NCBI GenBank assembly: GCA_964188305.1
Contig: OZ076889.1
Direction: 5' to 3' (one strand)
Origin: Podarcis bocagei
Taxonomy: Eukaryota
DNA: 64,000 bases
A program made the position numbers and the translations under genes. A model generated the notes under the pieces. The model was not told the origin of the DNA. It worked only from the letters and a program-made list of their open reading frames with translations, and searched no databases. This document shows, piece by piece, positions 37,860-51,300 of the stretch (position 1 is the first letter of the stretch; every line of letters begins with the position of its first letter).

Positions 37860-38430
37860 GCTCATCAAGGTCGTTGAGAACGGCAGGAATACCTGAGCAA
37901 ACTTGTTAAAGAGGCAGCATGGAAGGTGGCCTGAGCACTGAAGGTCAAGTGTGCCCTTATGCATATTCACAGCTGCCTGCAGGATCGATTGGGTTTTAAT
38001 TGTTTTTCCTGGGGTTTTGGAAGGAAGTGCCAGGGGCATTGATCAGCCCTTGACGAAGCCACTCACACTTGGGGCCTCACATAGGCTGTCACTTTGGTAC
38101 AGGCAGACGGAAACGAAGGAGCTAAGAATGAGAGACAGAAAGCAAAACATGCCACTTGAGAAGGGGATGCTGCCCCAGTCTGCGCCGAGTAGAAAACAGG
38201 GAGGGGAGGCAGGAGCTGCGCGCGGAGATGTGTGACCAGTGAATTGTATTTGAAAATAAAGTTTTTAATTAAAATGGGCAATTCTGAGCCGCCTGCTGGC
38301 AGCGGCCAAGCAATCAGGAGACAGGAGCATGGCTGTTTAATATTTAAACACAACGTTTAATCTTTAAACAGGAAAGTTCTTCTTCTGACTGTTAAAGCCT
38401 CTATTAAAGCAGGATGGAAAGGGCTTCACA
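37860..38430. promoter_or_regulatory. Putative conserved non-coding enhancer-like block
   Basis: Repeat-free with retained CpGs, TTTAATTG, CTGTCA, TTTAATTAAA and tandem GTTTAAT.TTTAAACA. Inference only. Confidence 0.4.
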
Positions 38431-40569
38431 GCGGCTGCCACTGGGGCTTCCCAGACCATCTAAGGGGCAAGACAGATGAAAGGGGGAGATGTAAAAAGAA
38501 AGCGCTCTCTCCGGGTACACATCCCGTAACAGGAAATCCCATGTACTGTGAGTGGAGGAGAGACAGAGTCAAATAACCCAACTAACTATTCATCATCCAG
38601 GCTTCAGAAAAGGACTGGGGCAGGGAGGCACAGAAAGGAACAGGTATACCGCAGTACCTGTAGTTTGCTTAGTTTCACCCACAGCCATTAATAATGAAAG
38701 GAATTTCAGCTTTAGAGAAATAGATCTCACGATTATACTGCAAATTTCAAAATATACTAGATTTCTACATATTTCCTGGAGCCCTATTTAAATTAATGCT
38801 ACCAGCCCACAGTGGTATCAGGAAAGGCTTAAAAACATAAAAGGGAAAATAGTCTGGTCTGCCCTCCACTTGCACATGGGAGTGGAGAAGTGCAAGCACA
38901 ACACGGGTCTCCCTTGATTCTATTTTTATTGTCATGTAAACACCTCAATTAATATTAGATTTTAATAGGACCTCTTTATTTTATGAACTCATTTATCCAT
39001 TGTAGAATCCTATTAGGATGTAGCAGAGCCTCCAGATTAGCTAAGGGGATATTTTCCTGGGTACAGTACTCTCTCCAAAGGACACTTGTGACCATTGTAC
39101 ATTTGCATGCTGCAGTTCTTTCATTCCTTCTTCCAAAGTGTGAGATTGTGCCCCCTGTCCAGAAATGGAGATGTTAGTTAATATGTTTGTGCACATGCCA
39201 TCAGGAAAGTTCCTCTGCACAAATGGTAGGCATTGTCCAATATTTTCTCAACAGCTCTGGGAGGCAGCATAACCACACCAAATGCAAACCAAGCCTTGCT
39301 ATTAGTGAAAGCCCCATCATAGGGGCAGACACAGAGGAAAATTGAGGCACAGGAAGGATTCTGCACTCTACAAAATGAGTATCTGGTTTTGGGCACCCAG
39401 CCCTTCATAAGACAGCCCAGCTGCAAATACATTTCAAACTGAATCTTATGTCCAGTGTGCCTTTTGACTTGCCTAAGGAACAGGCATTTCATTTTCAATA
39501 GAAAATGCATTCTCTGCATTCTTCCCAAATCTTGTATGATGTTGACAAGACTATTTACAAAAGACATATCTGCACATTTCAGGTATGCTTGCAATTTTCT
39601 TTACAAGTGACCTGTTAAGGATATAGTCTACTGTTCAAGCTATTTACAATATTTGAACAATTTGGACCCAATCCAGCAGTGCTGTTATCTGGGAGTGAGA
39701 GCTCAAATCTAAGTTTCTGTGGTAAACTGGTAAAAAATGGGTGCAAGACAGACTAGGTGTCTTGACTCATGGAAATCATAGCCTTTTCACCACTCTTCCA
39801 AAAACAGCTTAGCATGTGACGTGGTAATTCTAATCCATGTGACAGCAAGAAAGAAAGAAAAAACAGGAGCCAGACTGATTTATCCAAAATAAAAGAGCTC
39901 AAGATGCAAACAACATCAAATTCTCATCACCATTTAGTTGTCTAGCCCTCCCTACAACTTTGCATCCTAGTACTACAGCTCCCTATCACCTCCATCATAT
40001 TTCTAATCTGGAAAGGGGGCCGATCCACATTTTCTCTCCCTTTGCCTTCTATAATGAAGTGCATTGTTGAATTTATTCAACACTCAGTTCAATGAAAGGT
40101 ACCCAAAAGCAGCATGTCCTCTGTCCTATTGCAAAGGAGGGCAAGCACTCTCCCAACCACCATCACACACGATACTTAGAGCACAGCATGACACAACCAA
40201 AGAGTTGGCTAATTAAAAGTGCATGTAAAGCAAACAGCTGCAGGAAATTAAGATCCCATATATGAAACAGATAGGCAACTTCCACTTTCTTGGGAAATTG
40301 CTAGCCAATATGTTTTGGAAGAAAATTCCTTCAAATCAGTCATAAACAAAATGTATCTATGCAGTCTTCTTCTCAAGAAGCTTAGAACTTCCAGTTGAGA
40401 AGATGCCACATGGCAAACAACAGGACCTGCAAAGAGAAGCAAACTGGTTCCAAGGTCAGGTGCAGTAGCGGACTGCATGGTGGGACAATGGCACTCACCT
40501 GACCACCCAACAGCTGGGTTGCTGCTGCTTACTAGGAAGGAGAGAGGAGAGGCAAGGTAGTTAGAAGGT

Positions 40570-40690
40570 TAGGTCCAGTCGCGGACGACTCTGGGATTGC
40601 GGCGCTCATCTCACTCTATAGGCCAAGGAAGCCGGCGTTTGTCCGCAGACAGCTTCCGGGTCATGTGGCCAGCATGACTAAGCCACGTGG
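40570..40690 (-). mobile_element. Sauria SINE 3' half
   Basis: aggtccagtcgcggacgactctgggattgcggcgctcatctc...gccggcgtttgtccgcagacagcttccgggtcatgtggccagcatgactaagcc is the reverse complement of the Sauria SINE 3' region. Confidence 0.85.
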
Positions 40691-42239
40691 TGCAAACACC
40701 AGCAGGAGTGCTGTGTTGGCTCCTTGGTGCATTTGCATCACAACAACCTCCACTCTATCCTCCCAATAAACTGCAGCAACTCAGCTGTTGGGAGGTTAGG
40801 TAAGCACCATGACCCTATCATGCCATCTGCTACTGTTTAGGTAGTAATTTTTTCTTGGGAACTGCAGACACATACAAGGGACTTTGAATATAGTCTCCAA
40901 GACCTTGCTCTGAACTAGAAACTGTATGCAAGTGTGATAATTGAGAAGAACAGCTGAACATAGTACAATGGAAAAAACATGGAAGAAGTTCACTTTGCTG
41001 TGGTCTTAAATCTGAAAATGTATGGCTAGCACTGTGTTAGGGATATATTAGGTCACACCTCAATGGATGAGGATGGGCCAGGCTGGCCATCAGGCACTTG
41101 TTCAAACCTACAACCTTAGTGTAGGACTTAGTGTTATGAAGTGGGAGCTTCATTACAAAGACAGAGGATATGACATGAACATTTAGATCATGCAAATGAT
41201 TGTGGAAAGGTCTGCAGATATTCCTTACAACTAATCATCTTTGCTTAATGCCTCAAAAACAACCATTTAAGTAGTATCATCAACACAATGGCACAGGTCT
41301 TTTATTTTGACACGTGTATGTATATTTATTTATAAGATTTCTTACCTGCCTTTCAACGTAAGGTCTTAGGAAATGATACAACAACATAATACAGTAAACA
41401 TTTATAAAAACAGATCGAACTATTACAAATATAAAACAAGTAAAACATTCTGAATGGAAGAGAACAGCGTACATAAGAAATCAAGCAGCTAGAACACTTC
41501 AAAGATATGTGTACATTTTCACTTAAATGGTAATTACTTCATTTAATGCCCCTTATTCTAAATTTCTCACATCTTTCAAAGAGACTGATCCCAGGTTAGG
41601 ACCCTTAAGGTTCTGCTCTTGTGAGAAACATTCCCTACTGCACAAACTGAAAAATCTGGTTGCAAACAAAGAAATGTCTTAAAAAGAACCAGCAGCTCAG
41701 AGGTTTGGTGTATGGGGCTCATCAACCCATTCTCCAATAAATAATGTAGCTAAGAAGGCACTAAGTACATACAAGTAACAATTCCAATCATCAAGATTCC
41801 CATGTTCAGGTAACTCTGGGGCTGTATAATATAAGCCTTGCAACAAAGCCAGCTGAAAAGATAATTCTACAATGCCCTCTCTGCCCACTCTCTAGGATGC
41901 TAGCAAACTTTGTACATAAACAAGATTTCTCACACAGCCTACCCATCTCAGTCAGAAAGGCATGTACAGCCTTCCATGCCCAGCTCTGCATACACCAAGT
42001 ATGTTCCCTTTTAAGCACTTTAAACAGAGGTGCTGCTACATTCACAACTATTCGAGTATTTTTTAAATCACTTACAAAAGCAGGATTAAACTATCAGAAA
42101 TTCCATTTAATAGGACAAATAAAGAAATAACAATAAACTCCATCAGACCCAGGAAGGCAGGTTTGATTTTAAAAAAAGGATCAGAAAAAAGGAAGAGAGG
42201 GATAAAAAAAAAAGCATAATGTGTGTTTACTCAAGCAAA

Positions 42240-43020
42240 GAAAAAAATATTTAAGTGATGTAGGAGAGAAGATTGCAGTAACTAGTGAAGAATAACATCG
42301 TCTGCTTTGCTGTCAAATCACACAAAAATTTCAGTAATAGATTCTCATTCTGACACTCAATTCAATTCGAAGGTGATCCTGCTTTATCCCAACACATCAA
42401 ATATTAAACACTCGTATTAGCCAGGGTGCTGTCGCCTTCCCCGGCTTAGAGACACGGCGTAGGAGGGGGAGGGAAAAAAGGGGGGGACCCTTCTTCCCTT
42501 CACTCACTATAATATTCTCAATGTTATCTAAACATGCCTTCATACACTAGGCTCCTTATCAATTCTATTTGGGGGAGGGAGGGGTACTTAAAATGGTATT
42601 AGTTGTGGGGAGCTGTATTATTCTGATTTCCAAAAGCTTTTCAATTTTGTGTGGAAAAAGCTTAAGAGGAAGCTGGAAAGGGAGGGGAAAAGGGGGGTGG
42701 GGAAAAGAGCTGGAGCAGGAGAGCGAGAGAAAGTCTAAGAAAGGGAAAAAGCAGCCAGCAGCTCTCGTTTGACGGATGCCTTTCAACAAGGGCAGTCTAG
42801 CTTGTCAAAGCCCAGGCTGGAGATGAATTGGCATATCTATTCAGCCTGCCTCTGGATGTCATGCAATACAGTTTCATATTCCAAGATAAGGCATGATAAG
42901 CAATTGCTGCCCTGACACCAGCTCCATCCACCCCTTGCCTTCCTGAGCACATGAGTGTGCACCACATCCCTCCGCTCAGCTGCTAATAAGCGGCACTCTG
43001 CTATTTTCAAATGCCTAGGT
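42240..43020. promoter_or_regulatory. Putative regulatory block (purine-rich, retained CpGs)
   Basis: Repeat-free, several TGTCA/TGACA motifs and G-rich tracts. Inference only. Confidence 0.3.
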
Positions 43021-43750
43021 AAAAAAGTACCTGGAAACATCCCAGAAACTCCCCAAACACACACAGAAACCCACAGCAAAACACTATTAAAACAGTTAAT
43101 GTTTAATTACTTTCCTTCCAATGTGCACTTCATGCTAAGCAGGCATGGGGAACGCATGCAAAGCACTCAGAGTGGTACAGACACAGAACAGCAGAAATAG
43201 CTTTGGGTGGAAATGCCTGCTGATTCAAGGGACAGAATTTGAGCAGAATTAGACCTGCCGGATTCAGAGCATGACCCAGCAGAAGTGGAAGGTTCTGGGG
43301 AACAGACAGAGGAGGAGGAGGTGGGCAAAAACAAGAACACAGGCCAGCTAGAATCCCTAATGCAGCTACTGTAAAGAGACAAAACGATGGCTGCGTCTTC
43401 CTCAGGTGGGGAAAGATACCAGCTGTCAATAGATATCAGAGCCTTTTCTTCTACGGCAAAACTAGACAAGATGGTGGGAGTTCCATGACTGTACCCTCCC
43501 ATGCTTTGTTTTGTAAGCCTAAAAAGCATCCATGGGGAGGGGATTGGGGCCACAACCCTTGAGGGAATGTTAAACTTCCCTCACACCATTCTAAATCCCC
43601 CTGAAGCTGCCATTTGCCCAAGTGGAAACACATAGGAGCCTGTACCAATTCCTCCACAGGGCACATATATCAATTGGGAGGATTTATATCCAGAAAGCAG
43701 CATGGGGGAGAAGGGGTTAATCCACCCTCCCACCTGTACTGTGTTAATTG

Positions 43751-43916
43751 CCATATTTTCCTGTCTATAAGATGCCACCATGTATAAGACGCCCACTATT
43801 TTGGAGACTCCGGTTTAAGAAAATGGGGGGAGATGTATCCATGTATAAGGCACCCCCAATTTTTTTGACATTATTTTTTAGGGAAAAAACCTAGTCTTAT
43901 ACACAGAAAAATACGG
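43751..43916. mobile_element. Tc1/mariner (Tc2-like) MITE
   Basis: Imperfect TIRs ccatattttcctgtctataagat / gtcttatacacagaaaaatacgg followed by TA; internal tgtataag repeats. Confidence 0.7.
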
Positions 43917-43997
43917 TAATTGAATTAATTTTGTTGTCAGGCGAACTCTGATAACAGAGAGACTGTGTTTCCCATCAGAGGATGGCTGTTTCCACTT

Positions 43998-44025
43998 GCC
44001 ATGCCATGCCATGCCATGCCATGCC
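43998..44025. repeat. (GCCAT)n pentanucleotide repeat
   Basis: gccatgccatgccatgccatgccatgcc is directly visible. Confidence 0.95.
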
Positions 44026-44874
44026 GAAATTACCCATTCTTATTGGTAAATATTATGTTCTCTTAATTTTCTTTTGATATCTTTTAAATTAATTGTTAAT
44101 TGTTGAATTGTTAGTGTTAGGATGTAGTGCTATATCTTTAAATATGTATTATGGTTATTGTACAACTGTATTTAGACTGTCTATTTTCAGTGAACCACTT
44201 TCAGCAGAAACATCTGCAAAAACATGGTATATAAATAAACTGATGGTTATTATTGGGGGAGGGGTGGAATCACTTGGTTGCTCTGATGGGGGGGGAGGCC
44301 TCAACATGAACAGGTGACTTCCCAAAGATGCTTGAATGGAACCACATATATAGCCACTAAAGAGCATGGGGCTGCACGATGGCAATGCACCATTCAGAAT
44401 TTAGAGATTTTTAAAAATATTAAGCAGTATATTAATGCTTTAAAATAAATTAATAGATACAAACATGCCTCTCTCCTTCTACCTTCTAGGCTCAAAGAGC
44501 CAAGAGAAAGACAAAGAACTTCCCACGGCCAGCTTCCACAGCACACGTCTATGTAACCTGTGCTCTGCAGTTGTATTTGGGACTGTCGTTGTTCCTCTTC
44601 CAATCATATAACCTGCAGTTTTACAGCTGGAAGGCAGAGATCTCAGAGTGTTACCTCCACAGCATAACCCTGCTTAAAAAAGAGGGACACTGGGGTGAGG
44701 TGGGACAAAAGGTGTAGAAAGAGATGGATAACCACCCCATGCATCCTGAATTTACATGTCTTGCTGCATTGGTAGATGCAGCATCCTCTGTCACTGGGCA
44801 TACCTGTCCCAGAGTATTGGGGTAAAAAAAAATTCTCTAAAACATATTGACCCAACCTGTTAGACTAACATAGC

Positions 44875-45045
44875 CAGGGGTGTATGAAGTGGGGAGGGCG
44901 GAGGGGGCCACTCTGGGGGGGGACAAGATGGCCCCTAGTTCCCCCCAGCTGTAGAGCGGCCAAGGGAACACACAGTCAGTATGGGATGCCGCGCGTGCCC
45001 CTCGGCATCCCGCCCCAGGTGCCAGAGAGGGTTCCTCCGCCACTG
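44875..45045. mobile_element. Short hAT-like MITE, 171 bp
   Basis: Termini CAGGGGTG / CGCCACTG, degenerate 8-bp TSD AACATAGC / AATACAGC (6/8), GC-rich interior. Confidence 0.65.
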
Positions 45046-45373
45046 AATACAGCCACACCAGAAAGAAATGGAATCATCGGCAGCATCTATTTCATATGAA
45101 AGGCTGGGAAAGGGTACTATATAGAAAACGACAACTCACCGCAGGTTGACTTGGTCACCCCTCAATATCCCCCTGTAGCATTCCTAGTATCAAGTACTTA
45201 AAAATTACGAGTCATTCCTTCAACCCACTAACCATGCATAAAGAGGCTAATGGATTAATTAAGATTCTAAAATGCTTAAAAAGTCTTTATCTCTCTCCTG
45301 AGTTCTGGAGGTATGTTTTAAAACTTTTCTTCATAGGGGGAGGTAGGGGATTGACTCCAGGGCTAAGACTTAC

Positions 45374-45447
45374 CCATTTTTGAAAAAGACCAACAACAAT
45401 ATGCTGTTTGGGATTTAACCAAAATAATGTTCAGCATTGTCTTTCAT
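45374..45447 (-). other. Candidate 74-nt exon (5' UTR, start-codon or poison type) of an unidentified minus-strand gene
   Basis: Minus strand reads tttttatttttatttttaaaacag|ATGAAAGAC...TCAAAAATGG|gtaagt: a U-rich acceptor and a consensus donor. All three frames contain stops. Confidence 0.4.
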
Positions 45448-45972
45448 CTGTTTTAAAAATAAAAATAAAAAGTGCCTACCTGGAAAATGCCAATTTTAAT
45501 GTATATGTCATTAATTCAATTACCATATGTGCTATTAAAGTAAACAATTGCAGTATCTCAGAACAGCATATACTTTTAACAGCCTACAATTAAAGTGCTA
45601 CATTAAAATATTAAGAACCCTGTCGGCCTGAGGGTGTAAATAGGCTCCATGGAATATTCTAAAAGTGCATTAGCCTGAGTTACGAATTCCATTCACAAGA
45701 CACCCTGTCAAGTAATTTAGGCACTACCATGACGATACATCGGATCAAAACACACTCCAAAGAGAATTCTCTCTAGGTCTATGGGTTCTCAACAGTTCAT
45801 TGAATTTGAATCATTCCTTATTAAGAGTTAGCCGACAATCTGGACTAATGCACTGAGTCTAAGAACTGGTTCAGGGAACTACAAAATATGTGAGTCTGGT
45901 TAGCGATCTAGAACACTGGTTACATTGCAATTTAATTGTTATTTGCAGAATCTAACTTTCTACAACAAAATA

Positions 45973-46196
45973 CAGTGGTACCTCGGGGTTACAGACGCTT
46001 CAGGTTACAGACTCCATTAACCCAGAAATAGTACCTCGGGTTAAGAACTTTGCTTCAGGATGAGAACAGAAATTGTGTGGCGGCGCAGCGGGAGCGGCAG
46101 GCCCCATTACCTAAAGTGGTACCTCAGGTTAAGAACAGTTTCAGGGTGAGAACAGACCTCCAGAACGAATTAAGCTCTTAACCAGAGGTACCACTG
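45973..46196. mobile_element. Tc1/mariner (Tigger/pogo-like) MITE, copy 2
   Basis: TA|CAGTGGTACCTC ... GAGGTACCACTG|TA; same family as 12047-12269. Confidence 0.9.
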
Positions 46197-47679
46197 TATT
46201 GTGCTTTTGTCTACATCAGAACAACACCTGCTTTCTTCTTCATCATCATAATCATTTTAAACACAAATTTAAAATCATTTATAACTGCAGAGAAACATGT
46301 TATAACACATCACCACTTTTTGTTAAGAGTTCTTAAAGCACAACAGAATCTGGGCACACTTCCTGTCTCTCCCTATTAATCCATGTGGCTACATGCATTT
46401 TCTTCTATTTTCTTTTATACCCTCCCCCTCCCCTGCACAAGAACTCTAGTTGCCAAAGAATTTCAAATAATGGAAAAAAAACTGTAATCTGAAAAAGAAA
46501 AATTGGTGTCAGCTTTCTCGGCCTGGGTAGGATACCTTCTGGCCAATGTGTTTCTGTGGGTATATGTTTGGAGACATACATGTCAAATTCTCTCTTCACA
46601 TCATCATCTTCTTTAACCTGGCACTGAATAGATGGTAAGTGTGCACTTTCAGAGTGTACATCAGCCAAAAAACTGGAACGATAGGGAGAAAGGTTCAGTA
46701 TAGCCCAAATCCTGATGCGCTAGGTTACTACAGGCAGGGAGGTTTTTACATGGGAAAGCATTAAAAAGTGTTCCCCTATCTGTAGCCTGGTGGAATTCCA
46801 GACTCTACTATCTCATTCTGTGTAAAGTGTAGAATTGTTTTAAACTGAGCATGTACTCTGGCACAGGACCAAATGCCACTAAAATACCACCAGTAGTGCA
46901 GGGCTATCAATTCAACACCAAACTTTTAACTATGATTTAGCAAGGCAAATGAATATCAGTAGACATATCACCTAAAACAGCACCCCATTCTGGCTGCAAT
47001 TCACCTTGGTTCAAAAGAAGAATCCAATGCTTGTGTTGTTAAGACTGCAATATTATGTGCTAGCCTTTGATTTTGGTACTTCAGCATCCATGCCTCAGCT
47101 ACTGTTGTGCACCCAAGGGATAGTCAGAAGGCACATAAGGCCACCAATGTGGTGAAACTAAGGAAACCTTGCCTACATAGCTGACCATTTGGAAACCATG
47201 TTAGTTTCCTTGAGTTTCTTGATGAAAAATAGGCAGGTTATAATTGTGAGGGGGGGGGAATACCCTGGCTAGCCCTAAGTACAGCAAGTTGTACCTCATT
47301 TACATATGCACACATATTTAATATTCAATATGTTTGTGTTATAAAGTTTTATAGTTAGTAGAAAAATCCAGGAACCTGGAATCTGTAGTATGTCCAGGAT
47401 TATAAACTAAACGTAATTCCTAACATTGAGCACAAATTATAATTAACAGAGAGGTGAGGGGGCACAATGGCACATGCGCGAGCACACACGCCTCATAATA
47501 TAGACTAAGAAAGATTATTTGATACTAGTGGGTGCTGCTTGATATAAAAAACGCATGAAAGAAACAAAGGACAGAGACCTGAGAAACCAAGCCCATGCTG
47601 TCAACAGTCACTAAACAAGAATGCTTCCATGCCAATTGCTTTCATTCCACTGTTGCTGAGGTCATAGTCTGTAAAACAG

Positions 47680-47750
47680 AATAAACTCAAGTTTATGAAA
47701 GCTTACACCACAATCCATTAGTCTTAAAGGTGTCACAAGCCTCTTAAGCC
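47680..47750 (+). mobile_element. Penelope-like terminal fragment
   Basis: gaaagcttacacc...attagtcttaaaggtgtcacaag; similar pieces near 48145-48180 and 62385-62460. Confidence 0.4.
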
Positions 47751-48439
47751 ACTTTTGCATGTATTTAAGTCAAACTATGGCTTAAATGTCACCACACTAC
47801 TTTGGGTTAACGCTATGTCCAAGACTGGGTTCATGGTATGTCTTGCTCCAAATAAACAATGAGCTGTAGCCAAGGTTTGTTCCTGGCTTACGGTATGCAG
47901 TTCATTTGGAATGAGACAAACCACAACCTGGGGTTCAGGCGCAATGCTAAGCCAAACCATGGCTTAGCTCTTAGGAGCAGCAGAGGAGTGAGGCAGGTAC
48001 AATTTTCTCACTGTGGAGCAGCAGCACTGTAATTCCCTTACGTTTTCCAGGCCTGCCTCTGGTTTTGTTTCTCAAGAAGGAAACTGGTCAGCCGGAGATT
48101 GATCTCTTTCATTACATGCATGAAGGGAAGTCTGGTCCCCAAAATCTGTTACTCCTTAAAGGTGCCACAATATTCTTTGTCCCCTTCACAGTTTAAACCT
48201 GATACTTCCCTTCCCTCAGCATGCACACATTTTCACTTAATCTGTGTTAAGACGGGGGTCACCATTTAAAACACTGAGCTCTCAAGCCAAGTTCTATTTT
48301 ATACCACACACGCAGAGGCAAATACGTACACACACACACTTTCTAATTTCCATGCAAGAGGGAAGCAGGTGCCCACATTCCCGTAAGCACTCCCATCTCT
48401 CATTTCCCCCCCTGCCTCCGCCACCCTCCTTGGATCCTG

Positions 48440-48720
48440 CCCCATTAGTTTAGTGCCCAGCCATCTGCGACGTCTCCTGTAATGCTCTCCCCCCTGTGTA
48501 TCAGGGAGCTTTTCCATTAGCGCCTTTAATATTCTGACACCTTAGCACAGGCTGCTATTACATTCAAACACGGATCGCCCTGTGAAATTACATTGCCAGG
48601 CTTGCTAAAATGGAATTGGGTATAATCAGGCTGCTCCATGCGCTGTCAGTCCCATCACAAATACAACGCAAAGCAGGCTTATGGATGGGCTTAGCAGCTG
48701 CTACAAGTGTATTTTTTTAA
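48440..48720. promoter_or_regulatory. Putative conserved non-coding enhancer-like block
   Basis: Repeat-free with retained CpGs, CCATTAG, TTTAATAT, TGACA, AATTAC, ATAATC and CTGTCA. Inference only. Confidence 0.45.
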
Positions 48721-51064
48721 TAGATGAAGTATCCCTTATTTAAAAGCATTTCCTTAAGAAGAAGGGGGAACGCACACATATACACGGTGGAAAGACAAAT
48801 CAAAAGCTGCGTCACTGTGTTACCAATACCTCAGGTCTCTTAAAAAACTGTTATTTACTACGGGGCTATCTGTTTATCTATAACTATATCACATACACAG
48901 CGAGGAGGAGGGAGAGATAAAGGTAGTTAAACAGACAGCCAGTGAGATATGTGCCACCAGGAATTAATAGCTAAATAAAAAGCCCCATTATTTACTCCAA
49001 GGAGGAGGGAGTCTGGGGCGATCTCACAGGTGTCTTGCTCAGATGCTAACATACAATGTGGTGTTTCTTTACAAGAATCTGGTTTGTAAAGACCAGTGCA
49101 TACTGCCTGCTAATAGTACTACTGCACATTTGCATGTGTCATCAGGGCACACATAAGTAGATTTACCAAAAACATCCCAGAATTGTTTATTCATGAAAAA
49201 GCATTCCATGTAGTTCAGGAAGAAGCTTAGAGAAGGATAGCACTGTATCTTTGGGGTTATGGGAAGAATAAAGGATATTGTGGGTGGCTAGGCAGAATAT
49301 CAGCCTTAAGTACTGGATACAAGAGCCCAAGGTAGAGAATAACTTCCTGCAAATTCAACAGGTAAACTTCCACCATTGTAAAAACAATTAACCGGGAAAT
49401 CACTAGTGCCTCAAGCAATTTGGTGATCATTTGTCCATGACTGCTAGTTAAATGTTAGAATTCATAGAATAACAGTTCTCTCGTTGTCAAGGACATTAAA
49501 ATTAAACTAAATGGAAGACCAATGAGACCCAGCACAAATACATCATAGTGAATCCAAACAAGAGTCCATCGCCTAATGCAGGGGCACAGCCAATTGATGG
49601 CCATAGGCATGATGTTGACAGGCTCCTCCAACCCATTACCATACTGGTTCTTGACTGCTCTGCTAGGCCTGGAGTGCAAAAGAGGGAAATCCAAAGGGAA
49701 AAGCGGCTTTGTTGCTTCTTCCATCATATGTGGTCACTACTCCAAGAGCCCTATTAATAGCAAGGCTCACAGGAAAGGGAAGAATAGAGGCACCTCTGCC
49801 TGTATGGAAGCTAGAATAGGAATCAAAGTTCCTTTGCTCTTGGATCATCTCTCCACTGTACACTAAATCTAGCAATTCTGTTACAGAAGTGGGAAAGGCT
49901 GGTTCTCCAAACAACTTTGTTGTGGAGGGTTCAGCCCCCAGAAGTTGGCCACCCCAGTTTCAGATTCTAAGGTTGAAGGTATTCCTGGGACCATCTTTTC
50001 TAACTGGTATGCCTAAGATACCACAGTTACAGAACACTAAGTCCCACTGTATACATTGCTCTCTCTCCACACAAGTAAAGGGATGTTCCCAAGGTATTAC
50101 CGTACTTGAAGGCACATGGGGCCACCACCTTGATGAAGCTAAGTCAGTCTGTGTCTTGCACATGTATCCTTTTTTGGGTTCCATGATGGAAGAAAGGTGG
50201 GATATAAACTTAAGAAAATAAGTAAGTGCATCAACAATCAGGTCAAAAAAATATTTCTTTCTTATCCACAATAGGAATAGGAAATTTGTGCCTCCCCCAT
50301 AGGCTACTATACTACAACTCTTACCATTCCTGAATTGGCTCTGCTAGATAGAGATGACAGGAGTTTGAATCAAACTACATCTGGAGGGCCGTAAGTTCCC
50401 CATCCCTGGTCTACAAGCATGTGATTTACATATTGGGAAGTCAGAAATGTAAGACTGCCATTTATGCATTATATAGCATATGCTCTGGTAGAAAAAGATA
50501 ACATCTGAGGCTACCTAAGTCTCTGTTTGAACACACCAAGGGACATCAGCTGCATTACTCCCATTGCACACTGTTACCTTCAGGGCATTTTTCATACTGA
50601 TCAGCCTCACCCAACCCACAAATATCCATTAGATTATTAATTAGATGTAGCACCCATGCTAAAGAGTCAGGAACTGAAATCCCAAATTTAAAGCGAACAA
50701 ATAAATCCTCAAATGGCTCTTCAGGCAACCCTGAAAAATGAGAAGGCAGTGCAACAGGATTGAGCATCAAACAAAAAATGGTAGAAATGATCACAAAGAC
50801 TGTGATTATTAGTAACAGAGACAAAACATGCTGAGAGGCAGCACAATTGCTATGCCAGAAAGTCATGCCTCACCAATCTATTACAGTGCATTGAGGATGG
50901 CAACAAATAGGTGATCCAGATAATAATGTGGCGCTTTCAAAAAGCTTTTGTCACATTTTTCCACCCAAGAAAAGGATGTTAGGTAATCGTGGATTAGAAA
51001 CAAATTACTTTTCCTGTATCAGCCACAGGTTAACAACTAGGAAGGGAAGAAACATATGGTGAGT

Positions 51065-51300
51065 TTTATTTATGATTTATTGATTGCTTTTGTATCTCAC
51101 CTTTTTCTCCAAGGAGCTCAAGGTGGCACACATGGTTCTCCTCCTCCTCCTCATGTAAACCCCACAACAACCCCATGAAGTAGGTTAGGCTGATAAGCAA
51201 TGAATGGCCTAAAATCACCCAGTGAGCATCATGGTTGAGTGGGGATTCAAGCCCTGATCTCCCAGATTCTAGTTCAACACTCTAACGACTACACAACAAT
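51065..51300 (-). mobile_element. MIR/CORE-like squamate tRNA SINE, near full length
   Basis: Reverse B-box ggggattcaagccc, CORE-like cacaacaaccccatgaagtaggttagg, and an L2-type tail tttatttat. Confidence 0.75.
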
